From positions 15,640 through 79,639 of the forward strand of contig CAZWKA010000004.1 in NCBI GenBank assembly GCA_964634875.1: 64,000 nt of DNA, given 5' to 3'. Below are positions 12,706-22,716 of this stretch, one piece after another. Position 1 is the stretch's first letter. The number at the start of each line of letters is the position of its first letter. Position numbers and translations under genes: made by a program. The notes beneath the pieces are model-generated. The model had not been told where the DNA came from. It saw nothing but the letters and a program-made list of their open reading frames with translations, and searched no databases. Source of the stretch: an uncultured Gammaproteobacteria bacterium (GTDB lineage Bacteria; Patescibacteriota; Patescibacteriia; Magasanikbacterales; GWA2-37-8).

Positions 12706-13203
12706 CTAAAAAAGCTTGTCAATTCCAACTGAGAAAACAAGCGTTAAAAATGTTGACCCGGCAATTCCGGCAAAAATGAATGGCCAGGCTTTTTTAAAAG
12801 GAAAACCGAAGGCAACTGCAGCGGCTGCCGCCGTCCAAGCTCCGGTGAGCGGGAAGGGTAAAACCACAAAAAACATTAGAGCTGGTAAGCCATATTTTTC
12901 ATAATCACCTTTAAACTTGGTATGTGCTCGAGCCAGCTGGTAGGTCCAAATCCGACTGACAATCCAATTAGGCTTTTTTTCAGCAACATAACGATGAAAA
13001 AAATCGCCAAAAAGTAAGATAAGTGTTGCCGGAACCATATTACCTGCAAGCGACAAAAAGAAGGCTTGTCCGGGAGGAACTTGAAAGTGCAAAATAGACA
13101 CTGGGAGCGCCAACTGACTTTCACCAAGCGGAACCATCGCCATAAGAAAAGTCGCCAAGCGAGGTGGGAACTGAGAAAAAAAAGTAACAATAGTCTCGGT
13201 CAT
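12706..13203 (-). CDS. Small multidrug export family (COG2426-like) membrane protein
   Basis: AMVPLGE, GNMVP, FVVLPFPLTGAWT; start placed at ATG 13203. Confidence 0.8.
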   Translation of the reverse strand: MTETIVTFFSQFPPRLATFLMAMVPLGESQLALPVSILHFQVPPGQAFFLSLAGNMVPATLILLFGDFFHRYVAEKKPNWIVSRIWTYQLARAHTKFKGDYEKYGLPALMFFVVLPFPLTGAWTAAAAAVAFGFPFKKAWPFIFAGIAGSTFLTLVFSVGIDKLF

Positions 13204-13210
13204 AGACGCT

Positions 13211-15871
13211 TTAAACTTTATAGCGCTTAAGCAGACGCTTAACCACCTCCAAAATAATAGAAACTGTACTAGCAAGGAATACCACTATTGCCCAATCCTG
13301 CCAGCTAAGACTAAAGGTGCTAAATGGTTTATGCAGCCAAGGCACATAGATAATGAGCACTAGTAAACTAAGCTCCCAGAGCACCGCACGGTTTAGCCAC
13401 TTATTGGCAAAGGGCTTGCGTAGCACCGAGTGGTGGTCGGAACGGAAATTATAGGCTTTAAAGAATTGAATTAAAACCAGCGAAACAAAAACCATGGTCA
13501 TAGTCTCGGCGATGCTTCGCCCAGAATGGCTGGCCCACAAGAAAAGGCTGATATTGACGATTGCCGACCACAGACCGCCCGCTACCATCAAAATACCGAC
13601 CGATTTTGTAAAAATACCACTTTTTAGAGGTCGGGGCGGGCTATCCATGAGATCGGTTTCCGGCGGATCAACGGCTAAAGCCAAAGCTGGCAGCCCATCG
13701 GTGGCTAAATTGACATACAAAATTTGTACGGCGGTAAGCGGCAGCGGCAACCCAAGTAAACTAGCTCCCACAAAAAGACCTATCTCACCGATATTCGATG
13801 AAAGCAGGTACATGAGATATTTTTTGATATTTCCATAGATAATCCTCCCCTCCTCTACTGCGGCAACTATTGAAGCAAAATTATCATCCGTCAGGGTCAT
13901 AGCCGCAGCTTCTTTGGTAACATCCGTTCCTGTAATCCCCATCGCCACACCGATATCAGCCTTCTTAAGTGCTGGAGCATCATTAACACCGTCACCTGTC
14001 ATCGCCACAACATGCTCGTTTGATTGCAAGGCGCCCACAACACGTAATTTGTGTGCGGGTGAAACCCGGGCAAAGACATCGACATTCTCAACTTCTTTTT
14101 GCAATTTTTCATCACTCCAGGTGTCAAGCTCTACACCCGTAACGACTAAACCTGTTGGTCGAAGTAGTCCCAATTCTCTTGCGATTGCTTGCGCTGTAAT
14201 TGGGTGATCGCCGGTAATCATCATGAGCTTGATTCCCGCCGCCTGACATTTTTTAATTGCTTCCTGGGCTTCTGGGCGTGGCGGATCAATCATGCCAACC
14301 ATACCCAAAAAAACCATTTCCTTTTCAGCTGTCGCAAGCTCTGCCCTGGGTTTACACGCCAAACCAATCAGCCGCAAAGCTTGATTTGCCATTCCATGCG
14401 CTGTATCAAGTATAGTTTTACGTACCGCTTCAGTTAGCGGTACCGGACCCTTAGCTGTCATAAACAAAGTGCAGGAAGCTAAAATTATTTCAAGTGCTCC
14501 CTTACTGTAAGCAACAGTTTCATCGGTAGTACGATGAAGCGTTGTCATACGCTTAGTTTCTGAACTAAAGGGAATTTCCGCCGTACGCGGATTTGCTTCA
14601 TCCAATAATTCCTTATCAATACTAAGCTTGGCCGCCAAAACTACCAACGCTCCTTCTGTAGGATCTCCTTTCATGTCCCATTGGCCATCGTTTGTGCATA
14701 AGCGCGCATCAGAAGACAAAACACCGGCATGCAGCAACTGGGTTAATGATGATGTTGTGCCAAAAGGTTTTCCGTCGACAGTCAACTGTCCTTCAGGGGC
14801 ATAACCGCTGCCAGAAACGTCAAGCAAGATTCCTTCAGGAAGATACACCTTTCGAACTGTCATTTCATCTTTAGTCAGTGTACCTGTCTTGTCTGACGCA
14901 ATCACCGAAGTACTCCCCAATGTTTCAACCGCCGGCAGACGCCTCACCAGAGCGTTGCGTTTTACCATTCGCTGCACGCCGATAGCGAGCGAAATAGTAA
15001 CTACAGCTGGCAAAGCTTCAGGAACGACTGCCACCGCAAGTGCAATACCAAAAATAAACATTTCTAAAAATGGCTGACCGCGCAAGAGCCCAAGCCCAAC
15101 AATAATAACTACTACCACTAAAGCGGCTCGAGCAATAGTTTTGCCCACTTTATCCAAATTCTTTTGGAGCGGTGTTTCTGCTGTTTCTACTTTCTGTAAA
15201 AGCCCGGCAATTGCCCCAAACTCTGTTTGCATACCAGTTGCAACCACCACCGCATTTCCGCGCCCATACGTTGCATGTGTGCCGGCGTATAGCATGTTTT
15301 TTCTATCTCCGACCGGTAGTTTCTCCGCTGTTAAGGTAGTGTTATTTTTTTCTACCGGCACCGATTCGCCGGTTAACGAGGCTTCGTCTATTTTTAAATT
15401 TACTGCCTCAATAATTCTGGCATCAGCCGGAATCTTGTTACCGGTAGCAATAAGTATAATATCACCCGGAACAACTTCCTTGGCCGGAATTTCCACTTCT
15501 TTACCATCACGAATAACCAAAGCAGTTGGTGCTGCCATCTCCTGCAAGGCTTCCAGTGCTCGGCCTGCCCGAAATTCCTGAACAAAACCAAGAATAACTG
15601 CAAAAAGAACAATAACAGCGATCGCAATAGCTTCTGTACCATGTCCTAAAATCCCGGAAAGCGTACTGGCAACCAACAAAATAATTACCAAAGTATTCTT
15701 AAACTGCTCCAACAACAACTTCCACCACCGCACCTTTTCAGCTGCGGTTAATTCGTTGGTACCGTACGTAGCTAAGCGGTTCTGTGCCTCGACAGTCTTC
15801 AAGCCGTTGTTACTATCAGTTTTTAACTCATCAACAAGACTTAAAGTTTCACGAGTGTGCCAGACTGACAT
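13211..15871 (-). CDS. P-type IIA cation-transporting ATPase (Ca2+-type ligands)
   Basis: LTGES, VPEAL, DKTGTLT, GDGVND; TM5 SSNIGE and TM6 NLATDG match SERCA-type ligands. Confidence 0.93.
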   Translation of the reverse strand: MSVWHTRETLSLVDELKTDSNNGLKTVEAQNRLATYGTNELTAAEKVRWWKLLLEQFKNTLVIILLVASTLSGILGHGTEAIAIAVIVLFAVILGFVQEFRAGRALEALQEMAAPTALVIRDGKEVEIPAKEVVPGDIILIATGNKIPADARIIEAVNLKIDEASLTGESVPVEKNNTTLTAEKLPVGDRKNMLYAGTHATYGRGNAVVVATGMQTEFGAIAGLLQKVETAETPLQKNLDKVGKTIARAALVVVVIIVGLGLLRGQPFLEMFIFGIALAVAVVPEALPAVVTISLAIGVQRMVKRNALVRRLPAVETLGSTSVIASDKTGTLTKDEMTVRKVYLPEGILLDVSGSGYAPEGQLTVDGKPFGTTSSLTQLLHAGVLSSDARLCTNDGQWDMKGDPTEGALVVLAAKLSIDKELLDEANPRTAEIPFSSETKRMTTLHRTTDETVAYSKGALEIILASCTLFMTAKGPVPLTEAVRKTILDTAHGMANQALRLIGLACKPRAELATAEKEMVFLGMVGMIDPPRPEAQEAIKKCQAAGIKLMMITGDHPITAQAIARELGLLRPTGLVVTGVELDTWSDEKLQKEVENVDVFARVSPAHKLRVVGALQSNEHVVAMTGDGVNDAPALKKADIGVAMGITGTDVTKEAAAMTLTDDNFASIVAAVEEGRIIYGNIKKYLMYLLSSNIGEIGLFVGASLLGLPLPLTAVQILYVNLATDGLPALALAVDPPETDLMDSPPRPLKSGIFTKSVGILMVAGGLWSAIVNISLFLWASHSGRSIAETMTMVFVSLVLIQFFKAYNFRSDHHSVLRKPFANKWLNRAVLWELSLLVLIIYVPWLHKPFSTFSLSWQDWAIVVFLASTVSIILEVVKRLLKRYKV

Positions 15872-16011
15872 AGGAGTAAGTTGCTTATAAACAAGATAAA
15901 AATAAAAAGGTACCTGCTAAAATCTGGTAGCAGAAAGTATATCACAGAATTTTACACCACAGAATGAATGCCGTAAAGCGAAGAGCAAAGATCTTAAAAC
16001 ACGCCTACTTT

Positions 16012-16875
16012 TCAAGCGTGCTTTAGGTTAAATAATACCACAGCATTGTTCGTTGTTGCCGTCTCTACAAGACCCGCATCACATTTTTTTATTTCTGCAA
16101 TTTTTTTAGCCACCTCTGCCACCATCCACGGTTCAGCGCGCTTACCACGATATGGGATTGGGGCAAGGTATGGAGAATCGGTTTCAAGCACCATGCGATC
16201 AAGCGGACAGTTTTTAACAACCTCTAGAAGTGCCTGTTGTGCCGCCGGATCACTCTTTTTTGGCGGGAAGGTAATAATACCGGTGAAACCAAGATAAAGT
16301 CCAAGCTCCAAAAGTTGCTCGGCGAAGTGCCAATTACCAATATAACAATGGATAACCCCCCTCACCTGTGTTTCTCCGCGTTTCGCGAGCTCTTCTTTCA
16401 ATACATCAATCATTTCCTGATACGCGTCACGGACATGGATTGCGAGCGGCAACCCGGTTTCAAACGAGAGTCGAAGATGCTCACGAAATACTGCTTGTTG
16501 TTTGGCAAGCACCACTTCCTTAGAAACACCTTCGGGAATTCGATATAAATCCAGACCACACTCCCCGATCGCAATTGTTTTAGGGCTCTTCGTTAATTCC
16601 TTATAATATTCATAATCAAAATCCTCTTCTCTCGTAGTAAACGAGGATTCTTCTTCATCAAGATGTTGTGAATGTAAGTGCACAGGGTGCAACCCCACAC
16701 TTGCGTACACTCCGTCATATTTTTCTGCCATTGCGACACCACGCTGACTCGTATCACGCTGGGTGCCAACTAAATTCATAATCACACCCTTTTCTAAGGC
16801 ATGCTTAATAACCGCTTCGCTGTCGAGCTTAAAGGCATTAAAGTGTACGTGGCAATGGGTATCAACAAGCTTCAT
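16012..16875 (-). CDS. tatD: TatD-family nuclease
   Basis: DTHCH, GLHP, IGECGLD, IHCY, ETDSPYL. Confidence 0.95.
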   Translation of the reverse strand: MKLVDTHCHVHFNAFKLDSEAVIKHALEKGVIMNLVGTQRDTSQRGVAMAEKYDGVYASVGLHPVHLHSQHLDEEESSFTTREEDFDYEYYKELTKSPKTIAIGECGLDLYRIPEGVSKEVVLAKQQAVFREHLRLSFETGLPLAIHVRDAYQEMIDVLKEELAKRGETQVRGVIHCYIGNWHFAEQLLELGLYLGFTGIITFPPKKSDPAAQQALLEVVKNCPLDRMVLETDSPYLAPIPYRGKRAEPWMVAEVAKKIAEIKKCDAGLVETATTNNAVVLFNLKHA

Positions 16876-16881
16876 GCATTT

Positions 16882-17622
16882 TTAACGTAAAGAGAACGAA
16901 GCGCGGACTACAGCCGTTACTTGTTTATCAACTGAGGACGTATCATAATAACCATAATCAGAAATTTCCGTTGAGTTAATAGGGGTTACCTGGAATACTC
17001 CAACCGCCGCTGAACGCAAGCTACCAACCGCTGATCCGCTGCTAGCAGCAATTTTTTCAGCGCGTTCTTTGGCATTTTTGGTTGCGTCCGCTAACAGATC
17101 CAGCTTAAGGTCATTGAGCTTGGAATAGTAAAATTCCAGAGGGTCACTTGCAAAAATAATACCCTGGTTAATAAGTACCCCGGAATCTTTAGCAATTTTA
17201 ATAATTGTATCAATATCGCCTGATTCCACAATAACAGTTTGCGTCAAATTATAACCAATAACTTTACCATTACTCCCAAAACTATCCTGTTGATACTGAG
17301 GATAAATACTTACGGGATTTATAGTAATTTCATTTTCAGCTATTTTATTCTGTTTAAGATACTGAAGAATAGTATCACTTTCCCACTTCATTCGGGCATA
17401 TCCATCTTGCAGATCATCAATCGCAACTGTACGCGAAAAATTGCTGCGCCATTTGACCATATCAGAACGCACACTGATTTGCGAAGAGCCGGTAACACTG
17501 ACCGTATCTTGAAAACTCTTTGAGCGATAAAAAGTTCCCGCAGCGATAAGGGCTACGATAATAAGACCAAGCGCTAATATCGTCCCAAACCGCGACAAAC
17601 CTTTATTCGTAATAGTTTCCAT
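16882..17622 (-). CDS. SIMPL (DUF541) domain protein
   Basis: N-terminal TM, VSVTGSS, ATKNAKERAEKIA, LRSAAVGVFQVT. Confidence 0.85.
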   Translation of the reverse strand: METITNKGLSRFGTILALGLIIVALIAAGTFYRSKSFQDTVSVTGSSQISVRSDMVKWRSNFSRTVAIDDLQDGYARMKWESDTILQYLKQNKIAENEITINPVSIYPQYQQDSFGSNGKVIGYNLTQTVIVESGDIDTIIKIAKDSGVLINQGIIFASDPLEFYYSKLNDLKLDLLADATKNAKERAEKIAASSGSAVGSLRSAAVGVFQVTPINSTEISDYGYYDTSSVDKQVTAVVRASFSLR

Positions 17623-17646
17623 AGAGATTGGTAAATAAATAGTATG

Positions 17647-18237
17647 TTATTTTTTGGTGGTGGTGGCCATGTTTTTCCAATCAAAATCTTTAGGGAGTGC
17701 TAGGCCGTTGGGCAACTTAATTCCAGACAGATCACCTACCAGATCAACAAGTTCCTTCGGCAACAGCGGCCACAGAAATGACGCTGCCTGCATTGCTTTG
17801 GGCGCCATGCGAGACTCCCCAAGTTTCGTCATGAACCCGCTACTGGGAGGATACCGGGTGATAAAGAAAATAGCAATTCCGACTACTAGAATACCTTCAA
17901 TTACACCAACAATTCCACCTAAAATTTTATCAATAGTACTGAGGAATGGTAGACGAGTGACTATACCAACCGCCTTATCAATAAACCAAAATATGAGCCC
18001 AATCAGTCGATTACTAATTATAAAGAGCAGTAAGAAGACAACAATCCGAATAAAGTTTGGCGACCAGCCGGTAAAGCCAATTAAAAGGTCGGTCAGTGGA
18101 GTATAGTAGCGCCCCGCAACATAGACACCGAGCACCGTGCCAAGAAGCGATCCTAACGTCTTGATAAGCCCCGAACGAAGCCCGGATAACGCAAATAAGG
18201 CGACTACGACGATAATTACTATGTCCCCCACTGGCAT
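17647..18237 (-). CDS. CvpA (colicin V production) family membrane protein
   Basis: DIVII..GLRSGLIK and IDKILGGIVGVIEG. Confidence 0.85.
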   Translation of the reverse strand: MPVGDIVIIVVVALFALSGLRSGLIKTLGSLLGTVLGVYVAGRYYTPLTDLLIGFTGWSPNFIRIVVFLLLFIISNRLIGLIFWFIDKAVGIVTRLPFLSTIDKILGGIVGVIEGILVVGIAIFFITRYPPSSGFMTKLGESRMAPKAMQAASFLWPLLPKELVDLVGDLSGIKLPNGLALPKDFDWKNMATTTKK

Positions 18238-18277
18238 ATGTAAAAATTAGAAATAAATACTTTTATGCTGCCAAAAC

Positions 18278-19825
18278 CTATTTTTCATTTTTCTCTTCGA
18301 GTCTTGGAAACAACATTGCCGTTTTCTCGATTTTATTCCCAACCACTAATCCAACCCATTGGTTGAGCTCAGCAAGTGGTTTGCCCAATTCTTTTTCTAC
18401 CTCAAGACCAAGTTGACGGAAAATACTTTCCGCGGTTTCCGGCATAACTGGCCACACCATGACCGCGATATGGCGAAGACTCTCTACTAGATGGTGGAGA
18501 AGATCATTAACCGCTTCGGTATCCCCCGCTTTCGCTAGTGCCCACGGCTGCTTATCAGAGATTAGTTGGTCGCAATGGGTAACAAATTGCATTACTGCCT
18601 CCAGGGCATGGTCAAAACGCCAGCGGTTCATACCCTGTGTGTACGCCGGCCAAATTTTGGTGCTTAAAAAATCGATTAATCCCTGGTTCGCCACAGAGAC
18701 TGTCGGAACGACGCTCCCACAATATTTCTCCACCATCGTTAAGATACGGTTGGTGAGGTTACCAATACCATTGGCCAAATCGCCCTGGTATCGGTTTAAA
18801 AAAGCCGTTCTCGAAAAATCACCATCATTATCAAACGGGATCTCACGCATTAAAAAATAGCGCACCGCCTCAAGAGGGAATTCTTCCACCAACTTGAGCG
18901 GGTCAATAACATTACCGATTGTTTTACTCATTTTTTGACCTTCGACGGTGATCCAACCATGGACAGCAATTTGTTGTGGCGGCTCTATTCCGGCAGCCAT
19001 AAGCATTGCTGGCCAAAGAAGGGAATGAAATCGGTTAATCTCCTTACCAACCAGATTCGTACCTGGCCAAAACTTTTTAAACAGCGACGCATCCGCACTA
19101 CCATAACCGAGTGCCGTAATATAGTTTGTCAGGGCATCAAACCACACATACATAACTTGCGCTTCGTCCCCAGGCACTGGCACCCCCCAGGATAACTTTT
19201 CCCGAACACGTGAAATACTGACGTCTTCCAGCCCCGCTTTTAGCATGTTGTACATCTCATTGTATTTGCTGTCGGGATAGATAAAATGTTTATTTTTCTC
19301 AAATAAAAACAAAAGTGGCTCCTGGTAGCGGGTCAAACGGAAAAAATAATTTTCTTCAGTCAAAAGTTCCGGGACGGTATGGTGATCAGGACATTTGCCG
19401 TCCACCACGTCTTTCTCGGTCTTAAAGCTCTCACAACCCACACAATACAGTCCGGTATAGGCTTTTTTATAAATGTCACCATTTTCGGTAACTGCTTGCC
19501 AAAATTTTTGCGCACCTTGTTTATGTCGCTCTTCGGTGGTGCGAATAAAATCATTATTGGAAATATTCCACGTATCCGCCAGATTTTGGTACAAGGCTGA
19601 CATAGCAGCCACATGCACCTCCGGACTTCTGCCAGCATCTTCGGCTGCCTTAAGGATCTTTTGTCCATGCTCATCAGTACCGGTAACGAAACGTACGTCA
19701 TTACCAAGCAGTCGTTGGTAACGCGCCATCACATCCGCATACAGCATCTCAATGGCATGCCCGATATGCGGCGGTGCATTACAATAAAAAATAGCGGTAG
19801 TAAGGTAATATTTATTTTTTTCCAT
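18278..19825 (-). CDS. metG: Methionyl-tRNA synthetase
   Basis: HIGH, TGTDEHGQK, YVWFDAL, KMSKT. Confidence 0.97.
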   Translation of the reverse strand: MEKNKYYLTTAIFYCNAPPHIGHAIEMLYADVMARYQRLLGNDVRFVTGTDEHGQKILKAAEDAGRSPEVHVAAMSALYQNLADTWNISNNDFIRTTEERHKQGAQKFWQAVTENGDIYKKAYTGLYCVGCESFKTEKDVVDGKCPDHHTVPELLTEENYFFRLTRYQEPLLFLFEKNKHFIYPDSKYNEMYNMLKAGLEDVSISRVREKLSWGVPVPGDEAQVMYVWFDALTNYITALGYGSADASLFKKFWPGTNLVGKEINRFHSLLWPAMLMAAGIEPPQQIAVHGWITVEGQKMSKTIGNVIDPLKLVEEFPLEAVRYFLMREIPFDNDGDFSRTAFLNRYQGDLANGIGNLTNRILTMVEKYCGSVVPTVSVANQGLIDFLSTKIWPAYTQGMNRWRFDHALEAVMQFVTHCDQLISDKQPWALAKAGDTEAVNDLLHHLVESLRHIAVMVWPVMPETAESIFRQLGLEVEKELGKPLAELNQWVGLVVGNKIEKTAMLFPRLEEKNEK

Positions 19826-19831
19826 ACAGAA

Positions 19832-20509
19832 TTATTGTTTGGCGTTAATAATGACAACAAATTCACCTCGATCATCCCCCATTTGTCCGCTTATTGTGGC
19901 AACGGTACCGCGGTACACTGTCTCAAATTTTTTAGTGAGTTCACGGCAAACCATAATTTCACGATCCGTCGAAAAAAAACCAGGCAACTCAGCCAAACAT
20001 TTTTTAATCCGATGCCCTGATTCATAAAAAACAATGGTATACGGGCTCTCAGCCGCTTCTTTAAAAAACTTCTGCCGTTTTGTCTTGTGCGGTGGGAAGC
20101 CTAAAAAAACAAACTTATCCGTAGGGAAACCCGAAATAGACAGTGCCGCAACGGCTGCACACGCACCCGGTATTGGCACCATAACACTGTCGGGTACCGC
20201 TTTTAAGACTGCCCGGATCAAAACGTTACCCGGGTCACTAATACCGGGTGTGCCAGCATCGGTCACCAAGGCAATATTTTTTCCTTCATCCAGAAGAAGT
20301 TGGATTTCCTTTATTTTTTTAAGGTCGCTATGTTGGTGATAACTAAGCGTTTTAGCGCTAATACCAAAATGATCAAGTAAATTCCTGGTAACCCGGGTAT
20401 CTTCACACAAAACCAAATCTACTGATCGGAGCGTCGTCAAAGCCCGTTCGGAAACATCTCCCAAATTACCAATAGGCGTTGCTACAACAAATAAGATTCC
20501 CTGAGCCAT
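19832..20509 (-). CDS. rsmI: 16S rRNA C1402 2'-O-methyltransferase
   Basis: VATPIGNLGD, CEDTR, DAGTPGISDPG, RELTKKFE. Confidence 0.96.
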   Translation of the reverse strand: MAQGILFVVATPIGNLGDVSERALTTLRSVDLVLCEDTRVTRNLLDHFGISAKTLSYHQHSDLKKIKEIQLLLDEGKNIALVTDAGTPGISDPGNVLIRAVLKAVPDSVMVPIPGACAAVAALSISGFPTDKFVFLGFPPHKTKRQKFFKEAAESPYTIVFYESGHRIKKCLAELPGFFSTDREIMVCRELTKKFETVYRGTVATISGQMGDDRGEFVVIINAKQ

Positions 20510-20618
20510 AGTGGCACTATACTAGCAAAAAAGCCTTAAAACGTAAAGTTTGTTCTTTGGCTGCACTCCTTCCTTTTTTAGCGGCTGCGTGCTAGAGTAG
20601 TTTTACACTTAAAAATGT

Positions 20619-20975
20619 ATGAAAAAAATCATCTTTGCCCTCACGCTTTTAGCCTTCTTAGGCGCTCCTTACACAGCCCAGACAGCTGAAGTAGCTGCTA
20701 AAAAGGCTGTTACAACAAAGGCCGCAGCCAAAACTACACCAGTCAAAAAAACCATTACACCAACGAAAGCTCCGACCAAAAAAATTATTCCCGCTACAGC
20801 TAAAGGACAGACCGCTCCCCCACCGACTTATTTTGAACTCGTTAAAAAGGCACAACAGGAATATCTAACCGCCAGTAAAAAGGCGAAAGCCAGTAAATCT
20901 AAAGCTGGACTAGAAGCAGCTGAAAAGGCGTATAGTCAGGCACTGGAAAAAGCTTCTGCACTTCTCGGTGTATAA
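20619..20975 (+). CDS. Hypothetical secreted Lys/Ala/Thr-rich protein
   Basis: Signal peptide, basic low-complexity body, bidirectional terminator at 20985-21012. Confidence 0.65.
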   Translation: MKKIIFALTLLAFLGAPYTAQTAEVAAKKAVTTKAAAKTTPVKKTITPTKAPTKKIIPATAKGQTAPPPTYFELVKKAQQEYLTASKKAKASKSKAGLEAAEKAYSQALEKASALLGV

Positions 20976-21023
20976 GAAATAATTAAAAAAGACCGATTCT
21001 ATCGGTCTTTTTATTATCTCTTA

Positions 21024-21593
21024 TTAAAGCGCTGGCGGAGTGCTGGGCGGCGCACTTATGAGCGGAACGTCGTTCTCAAGCGCACCGTTAAATGCCTTTA
21101 CAACATACACGACAATACTCTGTGCGCTCAGAATAATGACCAGCCCAATAATCGCATTGAAGAAAGTCCGTTTGGCTGCACCAGTCCGTTCACTATTGCC
21201 ACCAGCAGTCAAAAAAGTAAAGCCGGAAAGCAAGATCATAACCACAAAAATAATACCCAAAAACCCCAATGCCACCCGGATCAAGCTAGCAACAATCATC
21301 CGGGGATCCGTGCTTCCTAACCCTAAAAACTCGCCCAAAAGATTAATCCCACCCATAACGGTCGTGTCGTGAGTCGGAACAGATACCACCGGACCGGGTT
21401 CAATTGGTGGCGCTACTGTAGGTTGCGGCTGCGGCTCAGCAACGTCAGGCTGCGGGGTAATCGGCGGAATATCAGTTTCATCCGCTGCCAACTCGGGTTC
21501 GGCAGTTTGAGCTAAAACGAAAAAACGTGGCGCAGCCAAGCCAACACAGACAAAGAGTGAGATGCATATAACGGCTAAGACTTTTCGAATCAT
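21024..21593 (-). CDS. CPR-type pilin (TrbC/VirB2-like) with a Pro-rich N-terminal linker
   Basis: TDPRMIVASLIRVALGFLG..GFTFLTAGG..AKRTFFNAIIGLVIILSA; start placed at ATG 21593. Confidence 0.8.
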   Translation of the reverse strand: MIRKVLAVICISLFVCVGLAAPRFFVLAQTAEPELAADETDIPPITPQPDVAEPQPQPTVAPPIEPGPVVSVPTHDTTVMGGINLLGEFLGLGSTDPRMIVASLIRVALGFLGIIFVVMILLSGFTFLTAGGNSERTGAAKRTFFNAIIGLVIILSAQSIVVYVVKAFNGALENDVPLISAPPSTPPAL

Positions 21594-21646
21594 ACGGAAA
21601 ATATCTAACTCAAAAAAAGAAACAACGTCAGGAATGCGTTGCCTTT

Positions 21647-21812
21647 GAGGCACTAAGAGCGCATTAAAATCAGAAAAAATGCATAATGAAGCTACTAAGT
21701 TCGACTGTCCAAGCCCATCCGTCCAACCAACTCAACTAGCCGGCAGAGCTTAGAGCAGCGAAATTGTTCACCTCTATTACACACTCATTTCTGATCTTAA
21801 TGAACGTGCCTC
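21647..21812 (-). ncRNA. Candidate 6S-like RNA
   Basis: 166-nt rod with closing stems, a central bubble and an apical stem; G-U pairs favour the minus strand; promoter TTGTAC-16-TACGGT upstream and hairpin plus U-tract downstream. Confidence 0.6.
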
Positions 21813-21904
21813 TCTAGGTACCGTACTCCCCTCATTAAAAAGTACAAGTGGATAACTTTTTACTGCTTTAAAATCTTAAAACTAGTTCATGCCTCAAGAA
21901 AAAA

Positions 21905-22579
21905 TTATTTTTCTTTATCAGCTTTAACGCGCAACTCACCGACCGCTTTCAAGATAGCTTGCTCCTCTTTTTGTGCATCAGTATTTTTAGCAAAACCGTT
22001 ACTATAGCTTGTACCGGCCACACGCCATGTCCCTTCTACTTTATTGAAAACGAGAACGCTCACTAAAGTAAAATTTTTATCTTCGAGGTCATCCAAAAAA
22101 TAGTAATAAGCTCGAGTAGCACTTTTTTGTTCGACTGAAATAAATTTTGTTTCGGCAAGTTTTGGATATGAATCTTGTAAATAAGGCAGTGCCTGCTTCC
22201 ACTCATCATCGCTCGGGACTGGTGTTTCTTTTGCAGGATCAATAAAATTTAAAAAGCTTTCTTTGTTACCAGCGGCTAAAATAGCAATGAGTTCCTGGTA
22301 TGATGCCTCAAGTTCAGCGCGTAATCCTACGTTAAGTGTTGGAGCAACAGCTGGTTTTTTAGCAACCATCACTGTATCAGCAGTAACGTTGGCAGCCACC
22401 ATCGCTCCATTATTTTGGGGAGCTTCATCGGTTGGTGAAATTGGAGTCTCATCCGTTGGCATACCATCCTTTACGGCTGAGTTACCCTCAATTTCTTGGG
22501 TAACCTGCGTACTGCACCCTGCCCCCACAAGCATAAAAACTACAGCAAACACCACACCTGCACGAATTAGTTTTTGCAT
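21905..22579 (-). CDS. Hypothetical lipoprotein-like protein
   Basis: N-terminal hydrophobic stretch ending in GAGC. Confidence 0.7.
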   Translation of the reverse strand: MQKLIRAGVVFAVVFMLVGAGCSTQVTQEIEGNSAVKDGMPTDETPISPTDEAPQNNGAMVAANVTADTVMVAKKPAVAPTLNVGLRAELEASYQELIAILAAGNKESFLNFIDPAKETPVPSDDEWKQALPYLQDSYPKLAETKFISVEQKSATRAYYYFLDDLEDKNFTLVSVLVFNKVEGTWRVAGTSYSNGFAKNTDAQKEEQAILKAVGELRVKADKEK

Positions 22580-22716
22580 ACATCATTTTAATAATGAGGG
22601 AATAAAGTACAAAACTTAAAGTATCATAACATGCCTTAAGGCTAAAATCAAAAAACCTCGACAGCACACCAGAATCAGCTTACACCATACGGCGATAGTT
22701 CTTTGCATTTTAAAAA

